Below, in pieces: positions 40,655 to 54,720 of a stretch of DNA of 64,000 bases. The DNA comes from Kudoa neothunni. Its lineage: Eukaryota; Animalia; Cnidaria. The notes under the pieces were generated by a model. That model ran no database searches, was not told the DNA's origin, and was given only the letters and a program-made list of their open reading frames with translations. The DNA is taken from NCBI GenBank assembly GCA_964304625.1, contig OZ199838.1, forward strand, positions 900,809 through 964,808. The letters run 5' to 3'. Every line of letters begins with the position of its first letter. Position 1 is the first letter of the stretch. The position numbers and the translations under genes are program-made.

Positions 40655-41860
40655 CCGGGTTTCACATCTAAATCCAGACATTATGATAATCAAATCCGAA
40701 TTCGTACTATTAATTTTATTAAATTTCATTATAAGTTTATTAACAACTATTTAAAAAGGTATTTTAATCCAATGTGTTAAAATATTGCGTTAAAAAACAT
40801 CGAAGTATAAAGTAATAGTGATAAAATTGAATTCATTTCGTTGAATATCACTAAAGGTGTGATATCCAACTATAAAAGATTCAGAAGGTTGAAAAAAAGC
40901 CTTTAGGTCAGCTTCAAATACGTTTTCAGTGAATGTTTTCATTCGGTTGATTATGTCGTTTGCTCCTCTGATGGGTCCACGTTTTCGAATACTATTTTTG
41001 ATTTTGGAAAACACCTCTTCGCATGGATTCAGAAAAGGTGAATACAGGGGTAGATTGAGAATTTTGTATGAATATTCATCAAAGATGTCTCTATTCGAAT
41101 GATGGAATCATACGTTATCCATTATGGTAACATAATTTCGATCACCAAGCACTTGTTGTACTTTTCAAAGGAACTCGGTAAATAGATCACTGTTCACACT
41201 TCCTTGTACTGCCTCACAATACATTACACTGATGGCACTAACAGCGAGTATAATTGACACATTTTTACCTCTACTATTCTCAACAAAAAGGTTGGAATTG
41301 GTTCATATAAGGGAGCGGCCATGTGAGCGTAGGAGATGTAATTGAAAGGGGCTTTCGTCTATAAATATCATTTATATATACCTCCTGTCTATTGAGAGGC
41401 TTGAATACCAGTATGCATACAGTTTAAAATAGTTTGACTTTGAGAGAATTTCTACTTTTAGGTATGATATCTTCATCGCTTCGAGCCACCTCCATACAAT
41501 TGTTACAGTTAACTGCACGCCAATTTTGTCAACAATTGATTGGAGAGTAATCGTGCAGTCATCCTCTATTAAGTTCAAAATTTTGGTTTTTATTTCGTCA
41601 GTAATATTGACATATGTTGCTCCACCCTTTGGATCTTTGCATGAGACCTCTTTGTCATAATATTTTTTAATCTATCAGAGAGAGTACTCTTATGTATTCC
41701 AAGATTAATTGACATTTTCGATTGATAATAACCCTCAAAAACAACCATGTACACAGTAGCTTCTCTCAGTTTATCTGTATGGTCCATACGACCTACCATT
41801 TTTTAAGCGTAAAGTCCATATTTGATTGTCCCAGTGTCCGGATTTGGATGTAAAACCCCA
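40655..41860 (-). mobile_element. Tc1/IS630-type DNA transposon, full length, with inactivated transposase
   Basis: About 40-bp imperfect TIRs (gggtttcacatctaaatccagacattatgataatcaaat vs reverse complement gggttttacatccaaatccggacactgggacaatcaaat) flanked by TA. Minus-strand fragments: HTH-like ISINLGIHKSTLS, IFIDES, IMDNV*FHH, LPLYSPFLNPCEEVFSKIK, with stops and frameshifts. Confidence 0.9.
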
Positions 41861-44546
41861 TATGAAATCTCATAATGGAATGAAAATAACAAACAAGCTC
41901 ATAAAATGAAAAAAAATTTACTATTCCTATGAATAATGCTCTAATTTATTTTAATAAAATATACAAATTTTTCAGGAAAACGAAATTATCAAATGTTATA
42001 TGTTATCTATGTTCATAGATCTAGAAACGACGATTTACGATTCAAGAAACTTTGAGCTTAACCAGTAAAATAATATTAATTATTCTTTTAAAGCAAAATC
42101 AAACTAATAAGAATGATAAAAAATTTGAGTTATATTTTATTATGTTAATTAATTTTATGAAATTTATGCATATCAATGTATATTAAATTTATCTTGATTA
42201 TTAACTCCTACAGCTCTTGTATACAGAAAATAATTTATTTGTTACGCAACACTTACTTAAGATATAATATATAATAATTCATTAAGAAAGCCTGCTGAAT
42301 GTTGTTATTTAAAATCGTCCAAACCTAACGATTAAAATAAAAAATAATTTTTATTGTAATAATATTGGATGTGTGAATTGCATTTATTATTTTTCTTAAT
42401 TCTTGTTGACAGAAATCATTAGTATAGTACTCACGTTGTTTAAATAATTTGTAGAAACAAATTAGTTAAAATAAAGGATCGACTAGATTAATCGCATTTA
42501 ATCTCTAAATCACTTATATACGAAACTTTATTTGTATTAAATATGTTTATAATATAAATAAAAACATAGTGATAAATAAGAGTGATTAAATTATAAGAGC
42601 ACGTACTAAAATTTTGTTTTGTTCGAATGCGCCAAGACGGCTCGAGGGCACCATGGATCCAATTCCCATTTTAATGCCCACGACCCGTCACATATGGTAT
42701 TTAATTTTGACATAGCCAATATTTGATTTTAATAATATAATGGAAAAGAATTGTTTTAATATTAAAATGTTCAAAATTGATTATTTTTAATCATTAAAGG
42801 ACTCTATTTATTCACTTTTTAAATTATCATAAGAATAATTGGTTTGGTTCAAATGATTATATAGCTGCTAGAATATATCCAATGCAATGTTTCCCTACAG
42901 GGGTGCCTATACCCCTAAGGATGCGAAGAGCCTTCATTGGGGGTGCAGAGTCATCCAAGAATAAATTTAATCATTAAATTTATTCTTACACTTCGTAATT
43001 TAAGTTAGTTCCCCGTTTAAATCATGTAAAGACGTAATGCGTGTAATAATATTTTTGGTTGTTTTGATATCATTTAGTTTCTATGCAAAATATGGGATAT
43101 GATAATTTATTTAATGTATAATTTATTTAAATTCATTCTACGAAATAGCGTAGTATGATAATAGTTTATATTAAGCCTGTTCAACTTACAAAATCTAACA
43201 ATCGCTATTTTTATGTAAAATCGTAACTATGTTTTCTTTCAAAATAAAATATTTATATGCTTAAACTGTAATTAGGCTGTCAGTATTTTTGTCTACTTAG
43301 AAATAATCTATATCCATAAAAATAAAACTACGATAAAATTTTGACCTTGTCGAAATTTGAGATCCTTCATTTAATTATATGGTTTTTATTATGTTACGTT
43401 TCAAGTTTACTTTCGAATTTTACCTTGCTTCTGATTTAAATCTAAGTTAAATTATTCTTTAAAGTATAGGTAAAACACGGATCAAAGCATTTATTTATAT
43501 ACAAGGATAAATGAATGTTAATTTTAACAATATGTATTAGTTATTTTAATCAAATATCTTTAAAAGGCATATTTTTTGAATCAATTGAATTTTTATTAAA
43601 GCTCTGCCTCAAAATTCAAATTAACATATGGCTAAATATAGAATAAGGAAGTCGTTAGATTTATTCAACCCAAGATAGCATATGAACCAAGCTTATCGAC
43701 TTCATTATGTACAAATAATAAGTATTGGAATTCAATAAACACGGGAATCGGTTTTCATGTTTTATAGTCCAACATAATGTCCTGGTTTGAATTACTTATG
43801 AAATAACGGCAAGAGCAAGAGAGCAGCATAGTCAAATAAATATTAAATGACAATTTATTTTGAAAAAATGTTTCTTGTGAACTATACGAATTGGTTATTT
43901 ATATTTGACTTATTTAATTTTCACCTTAAAGTACAGAACTTATTAACCGACAATATTTTTTATAGTTTACTATTACGTTTATATTTATTTTTTACGTCTA
44001 CTAATATTTTGGAATAATTATAATAACATAGTTTATTGGAATTATTTATTACTTTACATAAAAATGATATATATAAGCATGAATGGATAATAGCTCCAAT
44101 CATTGAATGTTAATTCATGGAGGAGTGAAAAGATAATGTTCATCCTTTTTCAGTTATACATAGCAAATTGAGTTATCTAAAAAATTTTAGTTTTAATTTA
44201 TTTTAGAAGTAATTTTGGGAAATTTTTAAATTAAAATATAAACTAAAATAATACAGATTATAATTTTAAGACATTTTTCATTGGTATTATTATTTTCGCA
44301 TTTAAACAAAAAGTATAATTGAGTCTTGACATTCACATGGAGGAGGGGATGCGAGGTGAACGCGGAAATTTGGATGGAGGTACGAATGTAGAATTTGCAG
44401 TGAAACACTGACTTAATGGGTTCTTTTTTAAATAAATTTAATAATCAATTACAATGCATAAATTCAAAAATTAAACAAGTCATAAAAAAATTCTCAACAA
44501 AAAAAAGTTTTTTGCAGTGATCTGCTTATTTATTTATTTATCAAGT

Positions 44547-45843
44547 ATGAGGACTGAGCGAGAGGGTAAAACAGTTGTAGAGTGGAAAACCCAAACTGTT
44601 GAGAAATTAAATTCGGACAATAACATACGATATAAGACATTGTTAATTTCATATGCATATAATATTATGCACGATGAAATAAATGATCATATCGAACCCT
44701 ATACAAATCCTGATCCCAATAGTTGTACATATAGTTTCTACGTAAGTAAGGAGTTATCATGTAGACCTATAATTTCTGCCAGAAAAATAATGAACCTGGA
44801 TTTATATGAAGAGGAAATTTGTAATAGGAGGTGGCAAAAAAATATTAACCTTCATTAATTCAAATGACCAAAAATATAGATCTTCAAAATCCTTTGTGTT
44901 GTGTACAGTCAACTATTACAGAAATTTCGAGATAATGCTCCGTTCCGAATTCTGCTTTTAGCGATACAGGGAGCTAGAAATTCTTTGTAAGAAAATAGCT
45001 TCATTAGGGTCTGAAAAAAAGGGAGTCAATACGATTCATTTAAAAAAGATTTTATGTGAATTAATATCTCTTATTTCCTCCAATTGGGAATCTCTGGATA
45101 TGGTGACTATTTTTTTCCACTGTTCATATATGAACTTACTTTAGTTTAAGTTAACATCTGAAACTGTCGTCGAAAACAATCACGAGATTTCAATCCCAAC
45201 ATGTAATTAATGATTATGTCCCATCATTAATAACTAAAATGGAGATGCTGAATATTGTAGATAATACCACAACTAAAAATTCATCTTTGAAAGGTGTGTA
45301 TCTCCTGTCCATTTTGCTAAATTCATAAAATTATAGGAATTAAGCTGCCAACAGTAGTGAAATTGAGGGGTGTATTACAAACAGTTGTAGGTTTGAGAAA
45401 AAAAAGAAATTCTGGTTATAAAAATGATAATGATAATAATTATAATAATAATAATATCAACACCATTATTGATATATAGTATTCAAATATAATTTTATGT
45501 AGATGTTAAACAGTCCCAATTATTTAGCGTTGCAATAGAAGATAATTTCCAACATTTATTATTTAAAAGTAGAATAATCAATATTTCATTAAATTTGAGC
45601 GATTTATAAATCATCTGCTAAAAATATTAATCTATTTATAAAAAATTAAAATACGAATAGGCGAAATAGTTTTACATTACTGTATTTCCATTTGGAAATA
45701 TGGATAAACAATAGCTATGTTAAAATTCGTCCCTGAATTAATGAAACTAAATTTATATTCTAAATTCATAAAAGATATTTTTTGGAAAAAATGGTAACGA
45801 TCGGATTATTATTTTCAGAGAAAAAACGCGTCCAGCAAAATAG
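44547..45843 (+). pseudogene. Decayed intronless ORF of unknown family (copy 2)
   Basis: N-terminal part is ORF 44517-44858 (TQTVEKLNSDNNIRY vs TQTVEKFNSNVKIRY in copy 1). ILCKKI.SL.SEK.G is shared. Both copies end at the same stop. Confidence 0.6.
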
Positions 45844-46184
45844 ACACTGCCACATTCATTAACTGATTCATCGTGGCTTATTTCTGCTCCAACAAAATTA
45901 TTCCATACGGATTCCGCGTTTGTATTTCTCATGGTGTAAGCCGTTATAATAGCTTTTATGGCCTTCAATGACCCTATCGTATCATTTACGTTGTCATCGG
46001 GAACGATGAATTGCCTAAGTGGCTTGGGTATTGCCAAATAATACAACGGATGACGGGGAATATGTAATCCCTACGGAATCGAGGGAAAAGTGCGAAATAG
46101 CCAATATATTGCGGGCTATTTCGCACCTAACGACGACCGCTCGTCCATTATAGAAACAAGAGTTTATTAATAATTCAAAATCAA

Positions 46185-47950
46185 CTAAAAACTACTATAG
46201 TAATCTAATATTTTTAATTGGGTCGTGCTTTTTTCCGATGTCTTATAAAGTTCTATTTCATGTTGACAAAGTGAATCCCAAAAATCAGAACGGCATTGTT
46301 TAAAATAGCATTTGAAGTATTCGAAACATTTTAATGCCTCTGTTGAATCATATAGTATATTTTCAATTTTGTCTTCTTCATTTTCAGAAGATGACTCTGA
46401 AAGAATCACCAAATTTTCTTGTAGAGCATACTGATACACTCTAACAATAGATTCCTCCATTATGGATTCAAACAAATCGGTGCCGTCTTTTCTATCATTA
46501 AATGACTGTTTTGAAATTAACTCATTGCAAGTCTGGTCAACATTGATTATTTCTCTGGATGAATCAGGGGGAATTCCAGTACTAATATCCTCTAAAATAA
46601 AGCCAACGTTTCTAAAACAATTTGAAATTGTCTGCGGCCTGACATTTTCCCAGGATTTCTTTATCAATCCCATGGCATCCAAAATATCAATCAACTTTAT
46701 ATCAAAGTTATTTTTAATGTGTCTGGTATATTTTTAAATCGAATTTTTCCTATAAATCGACTTGAACGAATTGAATTGGTTACACACTGATCCATCCTCT
46801 ATCATTCATCATCCATCCTCTATCATTCATCATCCATCATCCATCAGTTGGAGTACAGAGGTTTTGTTTGTTGGGAAAAATAATAACATAATGTTGGAAA
46901 GATTTAATGGAGGGTGACAGCTTGCATTGTACACGAAAAATAAAACTTTCAAATTTTTGTTATTGAATGTTTGATTTTGTTGGATTAAATAATGAGTAAA
47001 TATTTCAGTGGTCATCCAGGCATTTTTAATTGAGTAATAAAGGATCGGTTTTCGTTTTAAATTTTGAAACATCATGCTTGACTATGATAACCCACGACTA
47101 TTGGCTCGAGCTTTTCTACTGTTAAGGAGGCCACAAATAATAGTGTCATTCGTATTTTGGACCGTTTAGTGCATATGGGATTTGACTCATTAGACGAACT
47201 ATAACTTCTTCCTAAATAGAATCTAAAAAATATCATTCCTTCTAGAAAACTAAAAAAATCGACTTATCACGCAAAAAAAACTTTAAAAGTCGCAAAAATT
47301 AACATTAAAAATGATTTAGTAATGAATGATAAACATTCATCTCAATATTAATTAACTTAGTATACACTAAACGATATTAATATACAGAAACAAAAAATTT
47401 TAAGCTTTCACTTGAAGGTTATTGTTAGAATAAAGCAGTTTCATCCAGGTTAAAGATATTATTTTTTTCGTAATTCTTCATTATAGATTCTAAATGAGAT
47501 TTCAAGTCAGACATGACATCACCACTCACGGTACTTGACTAGAATCTCGATGAAACTTATATCTTCTGAGATTAAATTTATCTTTAAAACCGCGAAACCA
47601 TTCATAACGGACACATTTCGAATTTTTACAGAATTCTTTTCCAATTTCATCGTTTTCTCCCATTTTAGAATTTTTTTATTTTTTAACTAAATTATTCCCA
47701 TGAAAATTGATAATTTGTGATTTTTTTGCTAAAATAAATCATTTACGGTCGATATTAAAGCAAGCTTAAAATGCTTCACAGTTTGGCTTTTAGCATTTCT
47801 AGGTGGTTGCTTTTCGAAAAATATGATGATAATATGTTTCTCCTTAATAGAATACAACTTTTTACACTTTTAATCGGCCATGTTTTACAAAACTGAAGTG
47901 TTGCCTGTGATTTATTATCTAACCGGGTCGAAAAAGATGCCAAAAACCCA
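46185..47950 (-). mobile_element. pogo/Tigger (CENP-B-like, DDE_1) transposase remnant
   Basis: Minus-strand fragments WFRGFKDKFNL, IFNLDETALF, NAWMTTEIF, LFFVYNASCHP, FFPTNKTSVLQLMD, LDAMGLIKKSWENVRPQTISNCFRNVGF, QLKILDYY. Interrupted by stops, frameshifts and a short tandem duplication at about 46790-46845. Confidence 0.85.
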
Positions 47951-48997
47951 CCCATCAACGAAGGCTTGAAAACATATTTATATTTTTAAATTGAATAATA
48001 TAAGTTCTAAAATGTATTTACAACTTTTTGGGAAGTTATTGTCTCCTACGTTATTTTATTTCGTTAGATATTCTAAAGGTGCCAAATACCCATCACCCAC
48101 TGTAATAAGCATAAACCTGCACACCAGCTAGCCCTTATAAAACAATGGTAGTTGCTACTTCGACCAATTGATCTACAATCGACTCATCAATCGTTAATTC
48201 TGATTCTTCCATCATTGTAACCTAATGTAATGTGCGCCAAGAAAACCACCTTTCAGTAAATACACACAAAATATTCGTAGGAGTAAGAATCATAAGCGCG
48301 CCTTAATTAATTCTCTTACATTATGAAACAAAAACTTAAATTCTGAATCTATTGATATTCTCCTGATATAAAATTACCACTGAAGGAAATAATATTTTAT
48401 ATTACCTAATGAGATTGGTCGCCGAAATTATGCACGAGTAATGTTCAATTAATTTGCGTACGATAAGTTCAAGGATAAATTCTAATTTTGCTTAGAATTC
48501 TGTGGGTAAAATTTTTTAATATATCGCGCAACTAATTTAATTAAATTTATGAACAAAATGATGAAATAAAAAGATGGGGTCGATTCCACCTCAAATGATT
48601 GTTGGAGGGTATCCTTCAAATTTTGGCTACATAAATAACCTAAATTATCTAATTTTCCTCAGTTGCATAGAAGAATATATTTGTGATGAATAGCTTGAAT
48701 TCAAATACATTAGAATTGAAGGATAAAAAACTATACGTTATTCAATTTTACATTGGGTCGATTCGACCCCACTATCACTATCCGTTTATCGTTAGAGGAT
48801 TGATTTGAATAGAAATAATCCATACGTAGATGACAAAATGTCTAAAATTATTTAATGTCAAAATATTTGTCATAACTGACGAATCATTTAAAAGATCAGT
48901 CTCATGTTAATCTTCCAACAAATTTTTGTTCACATGAAAGAAATAATTCATATCTAAAATCATTGATAAAAATTGTGCGCATGCCATTTTCCATGAA

Positions 48998-51900
48998 ATG
49001 AGGGAGAGGTTTGTGTTTGATTGTTTGAAAAAAGCTATACTTTCAAAATTGGATGTCACCGAATTGTAACCATAATTATTTGGTATCATATGCAATCTTA
49101 CTTATATTAGGAGAAGTGAATGTGAGAAGGATTTTTTTGATTTTCATGTTCGTTTATTGTCCAAATGTATTGAATCGCATTAATTCTTAATCCTTTAATT
49201 AATATATATATATATATATTTAATAGATTCACATATAAAGGCAAATAATGCTGATACGGTTAGATTTTTTGACATTGAACGTTACCCATTTCGTCTTGAA
49301 TTGCCATTCGATGATCCTAATCTATTTATCTCACAGTTAAACGCAGAATATAGACTCAATCATAGTGGTATAATAAATTATATTTTTTTATATTGGATTT
49401 GATGGAAAATCTTAGATAAAATTAGTATCATTGAATTGAGACTATTCGTATGTAGTATATATGCATATGTATGGTTTATACGACAAAGACAAGTACCTTA
49501 TTTTATAACTTTTTTTGTTTTAATTTAATTTTAGTCGGAAAAATTGAAAAGTTTACGCCAATCACAAGTCAATCTACCTATATATTCGTTCAAAGAACAA
49601 ATTCTCTCCAAACTACAGTGTCACAACGTGATCTTGATTGCTGGCAACACAGGATGTGGAAAATCCACTCAAGTTATAATTTCAATTTATTGACTTAATT
49701 ACAATGATTGATAGGTGCCGCAATATTTACTGGGTGCAGGATACACTTCAATAGCATGTACTCAACCCCGTAGAATTGCTTGCATTTCGTTAGCTAAGCG
49801 AGTAAGTTATGAAACGTGTGACCTTTACAAAAACCAAATTGCTTATCATGTAATCATTTTTTCATTAAAATGATATACACATACATATACCTAGGTTAGA
49901 TTTGACACGAATATTGATGAAAAATCAACAAAAGTTACATTTCTAACTGAAGGTTCACCTCTAATTTGAAACCTCACAAACAATATCACCATTTAGGATT
50001 GTTGCTAAGACAAATTCAAAACGATCCCGAACTTTCCAAATACAAGGTTATCATAATGGATGAAATACATGAGAGGAGCACCAATACTGATATTCTAATG
50101 GGAATTCTAAAAAATTTGATCTCCAAACGTAGTGATATTAAAGTGGTTTTAATGTCTGCCACTGTGAATATATCGTAATCTAACAGAGATTGGTTTTATT
50201 GTACAATGCTATATAGACTTTTTACCAACTATTTCAGCAATAATGTACCTGTTATTGAGGTAGAACATCACACTCTTTATTTGAATTTAACTAGCCTAAT
50301 CATCATAAAAATGATTTTAGGTTCCCGGTCGATTGCATCGTATCGATCTGAAATATTGTCCACAGTTTACACAGGTTACTTTTTTCACTGTATAACTATC
50401 AAATAGTCTTCTTCTCTTTCAGAGATTATCCGATGGTGATCATTATAAAAAAAGTTCAAAATTTGATCCTCAACCATATGTCAAATTGATGAGACACATC
50501 GACGAACAAGTAAATTTTTCGACTTAATAATAATTTTATTATTAAATAACTCCCATATCCCAATATACATACATAAACTGATATACATATGCTGATATAT
50601 TGTCGAATCCATTTATTAATTATTATAGTTTCCAAAAGAAGAAAGAGGAGACTTGCTAATATTTGTGAGTGGAGTTAAAGAAATAAATAGTGTGATTGAT
50701 GCGGCTCGACAATATGCATCCATGAATAACAACTGGATCATCCTACCTTTGCACAGTGGTTTGACTGTAGAAGAGCAGGATAGGGTTTTTGACTATACTC
50801 CCCTTGGTGTAAGAAAAGCGGTGGTTTCAACTAATATTGCAGAGACATCAGTTACAATTGATGGTATACGGTTTGTGATTGATTCTGGGAAAGTAATTGT
50901 TAGCCACATCCAATCCAACTACATACGTGTGTTATTGTGAGTGAATCTAGATGAAAGAAATGAATTATGATACTGCTTATCTGATGAATCGGTTGCAAGA
51001 GTTTTGGATTAGTCAGGCTAGTGCTGAGCAGCGGAAGGGACGTGCAGGCGAGTTATCTAATATATCAACCAAAAAGTTGTGATAATTATTATTGTTTTCA
51101 TCTTTCACTTAGGCCGTACTGGACCAGGTGTGTGTTATCGATTGTACTCAAATGATGACTACGAAGCAATGGAAAAATATTCCAAGCCTGAAATCCAACG
51201 CACAGCATTATACAATGTAATTCTTCAACTCACAACACTTGGATACGTTGACACCAATCGGTTCGATTTCATTGAGCCTCCACCTCATGCAGCTATCCTA
51301 GAAGCTCATCACTTACTTATCAATAAGAATGCGCTCACAATTGATGGTCAAATAACTCAATTAGGTGTATTTCTTGCATCACTTCCTCTGGCTCCATCAA
51401 TAGGGATTATTCTTCTCGGTGGATGTTTATTAGATTGTGTACGTTGATTCGATTGATAGTTCCGTGGATGTGTTAAATTCTGATTAAGATTGGTCCATGT
51501 CTACTTATTGCAGCCACCTCCACTGTGGGTACTCCATTTAGAAGTCGACTAAATGGTTCCTATTTCGACCCTGAGAATTCCTACAATTTAAACAAATATT
51601 TTAATCATGCAAAAGGTGATGGATTTGTGTATTTGCATGTGTTCACCGAATGGCTCAAATTGAAACGCTCCAACTATACTCGCATGAGAAATTGGTGTTT
51701 TGGAAATGGAATAGTTGAGCGTCGATTATTCGAGATTGTGCAGTTGTGCGACCAATTTGAAAAGATTATTGCTGCTAATTTCCATCTTTCCAGTTTGAAA
51801 CTATCCAACGCTAATCGACAGGCAACTTCGAACAACAGTCGCGATACCACTGTACTTTCGAGATATCAAAAAAACCAACTCAAGTCGTTAAAAAAACAAC

Positions 51901-53237
51901 TAATCAATGAAGAACCTAGACAACGTCGTTTACTATCCGCTGAAAATGATGATCCTCAGAAGGTTGAATCTCCAGCTGTTTCTTCTTGGGAAAATATTAA
52001 AGAAATAGAATTCAAATTGCTGGATAGTGGAAAATCTTTGTCGCATTTCCATTACGATGATCTCACCGAGTCGGATATTCATCTGATAAAATTTGCCATT
52101 TGTTCTGGCCTCTATCCTCACGTATCCATTGCCGACGAGGTCAACCGTTTTCGTCTCGGCCCTGAAGCGTACTTCCATTTGAAAGAAAAACAGTTTGTGA
52201 CCATCCATCCCACCAGCTGTTACTCGTATAAACCATTAATACTTAAAAATCTCACATCAACGGATATCAAATCACCTTTTGTTATTTTTTATGGATCCTT
52301 GCTAGAAACCACAAAACAATACTTGGTGGATTGTTATCATGTACCTGCATTGCATATGCTATTGTTGGTTGGTTTGTCAATTGATACCAATTCAAATTTT
52401 TCGAGAATTGTTATAGATGATTGGTTAGAGTTTGGATTTATTGTATATTCTAATTGGAAATTTTGAATAGTTAAAAATGTGATAATTTAGAGCACCAAGA
52501 AAGCTATAGATTTTGTAATTGAAGCCGTTAAATTGAGAACCGATATTGAATACATCAAACACCAATTCCTTCAGAACCAAAACGCTTTTGAATTTCGTCT
52601 GGCTGATTTTGATGTAGAAAATTATTTGAAACAAAAATCGGATATTGTCAGTCGATTAAAAGCTTATTTTGATACATCTATCGAATATTCGATGAAATAC
52701 ATATTGATGGGTGATAGGAAAAATCTTTTTCATGGCCCCAAATGTATTCTCCTTGAATATTACGTCATCGTTCAATAGTATGTTTAGTCTTTGACCCCTC
52801 AAATCTCCCGCAAATAAATATCAACATCCAGAACAAATTATCCACAGCCATCACTTCCGATACTTCCGACCTGCAAAGGGAAAATCACTTCAAGGGAGGT
52901 TTCTATGTAACTGATTATTTGGTTTTTAACTCGCTAAAACCAACCAATTCTCACAAAGATGGAGACCACATCAAAAAGTACTATTTTTGTTAAGATTATT
53001 TCTTTATCGCTGAATAGACATTTTTATTGTGAAAAATGTAATGATCACCTCGTGTGTAATGACACTGAAAAGGCAAATCATATTAAATATTGCAAACCAC
53101 CTACCCAAACTATCAACGAACCAATTCGTGTTGGTGGACCGAATCAGAAAACATCTTTCTGTGATAAATGTCAAAGAACTATCTCGGGAACAACACTGGA
53201 TTTACTTCGACATAAAAAACTGCATGACCCCTATTGA
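48998..53237 (+). CDS. DHX34: DEAH-box RNA helicase DHX34 (NMD factor), about 18 exons
   Basis: Spliced motifs [75 protein letters not shown]; HA2/OB-like region; [15 protein letters not shown]; two C-terminal CxxC..H zinc-finger-like motifs as in animal DHX34. The start codon (MRERF...) is tentative. Confidence 0.92.
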
Positions 53238-53939
53238 ATTATTCATTTTTGATTAAACGATTCTTATTGTGTTGCTCATCCCTGTATATGTTTGTATTTA
53301 AAGTAGGATTCCTTTTATAATTTTTCTTTTCAATGATTGTGCTATTTTTTAAACATAAATTAATTTATTTTGGCATCATTTGATTCCTTATTCATTGTTA
53401 TACCTATATATTAAATATTCTACGTATAAATATGATATAGTAATAGTTTTGCTAATATTGAAATATTTATATTATTACACTTGTTTTATGTTCATATAAA
53501 TAAAATACAAATCTTGTAATGGGAGTTGGAAAATCTAAAGATATTTTATCGATATAACAAAAGGTAATTTATGAAAGTAACGTTAGATTACAAATTTATA
53601 ATTTTTATCACATGTGGTTTCATAACGACTAATGATGATAAATGACATCTTTGTCTCATTATTTATGTGAAGATCTATGATGTGCTAATAACAAACTTAG
53701 TTGTTAGAAAAACAAAATCGATTATTTTCTTAACACATCCTGATATATCAGATAATTGAAATCAAGTTGTCTATGAATATATCGACTTCCCTGCCAGTGA
53801 TGACGCTGTTTGAGATAGTAACGTTTTATCAAGAAGCAATATTTCAGATATAAGATGGATTGTGGCATGAATTTTGCTAAAATTTTTATCAAACGCATGA
53901 TTATTTTATAGAATGATAAAGTTTTGAAACCATATATTT

Positions 53940-54720
53940 ATTTTATTTTAATTAATTTATTAATTAATTTTATTTCTTTAATTTTATCTATTTATTTTAT
54001 TTATTTATTAATTTAATTTTAATTTATTTATTTTATTTAATTTATTTTAATTAATTTTATTTCTTTAATTTTATCTATTTATTTTATTTATTTATTAATT
54101 TAATTTTAATTAATTTATTTTAATTAATTAATTTTATTTAATTTATTTTAATTAATTAATTTATTTATTTATTTTAATTAATTTATTTTATTTTAATTAA
54201 TTTATTTATTTATTTATTTTAATTAATTTTATTTCTTTAATTTTATCTATTTATTTTATTTATTTTATTTAATTTATTTTAATTAATTTATTTATTTATT
54301 TTAATTAATTTATTTTATTTAATTTATTTAATTTATTTTAATTAATTAATTAATTTATTTATTTTAATTAATTTATTTATTTATTTTAATTAATTTATTA
54401 ATTTATTTTATTTTAATTAATTTTATTTCTTTAATTTTATCTATTTATTTTATTTATTTTATTTAATTTATTTTAATTAATTTATTTATTTATTTTAATT
54501 AATTTATTTATTTATTTTAATTAATTTATTTATTTATTTTAATTAATTTATTTTATTTAATTTATTTAATTTATTTTAATTAATTAATTTATTTATTTTA
54601 ATTAATTTATTTTATTTAATTTATTTAATTTATTTTAATTAATTTATTTATTTATTTTAATTAATTTATTTTATTTTAATTAATTAATTAATTTTTTTTA
54701 ATTTATTTAATTTTATTTTT
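53940..54720. repeat. Almost AT-only low-complexity satellite
   Basis: About 780 bp of (TTAA/TTTA)n mosaic with no G on the + strand. A higher-order unit ttaattttatttctttaattttatctattt recurs about 4 times. Confidence 0.95.

Noticed and set aside
45753-46046. 97-aa minus-strand ORF
   Set aside because: Where it overlaps the duplicated region, synonymous divergence favours the plus-strand frame. No recognisable motif.
48090-48540. Exon-like minus-strand frames upstream of DHX34 (EFILELIVRK..., VTMMEESELTIDES...)
   Set aside because: Could not assemble a complete gene with a start codon, and no family was recognised. It may still be a small divergent gene.
51933-52634. Antisense ORFs within DHX34, and 46462-46737 within the pogo remnant
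   Set aside because: Shadow ORFs of coding sequence on the opposite strand.
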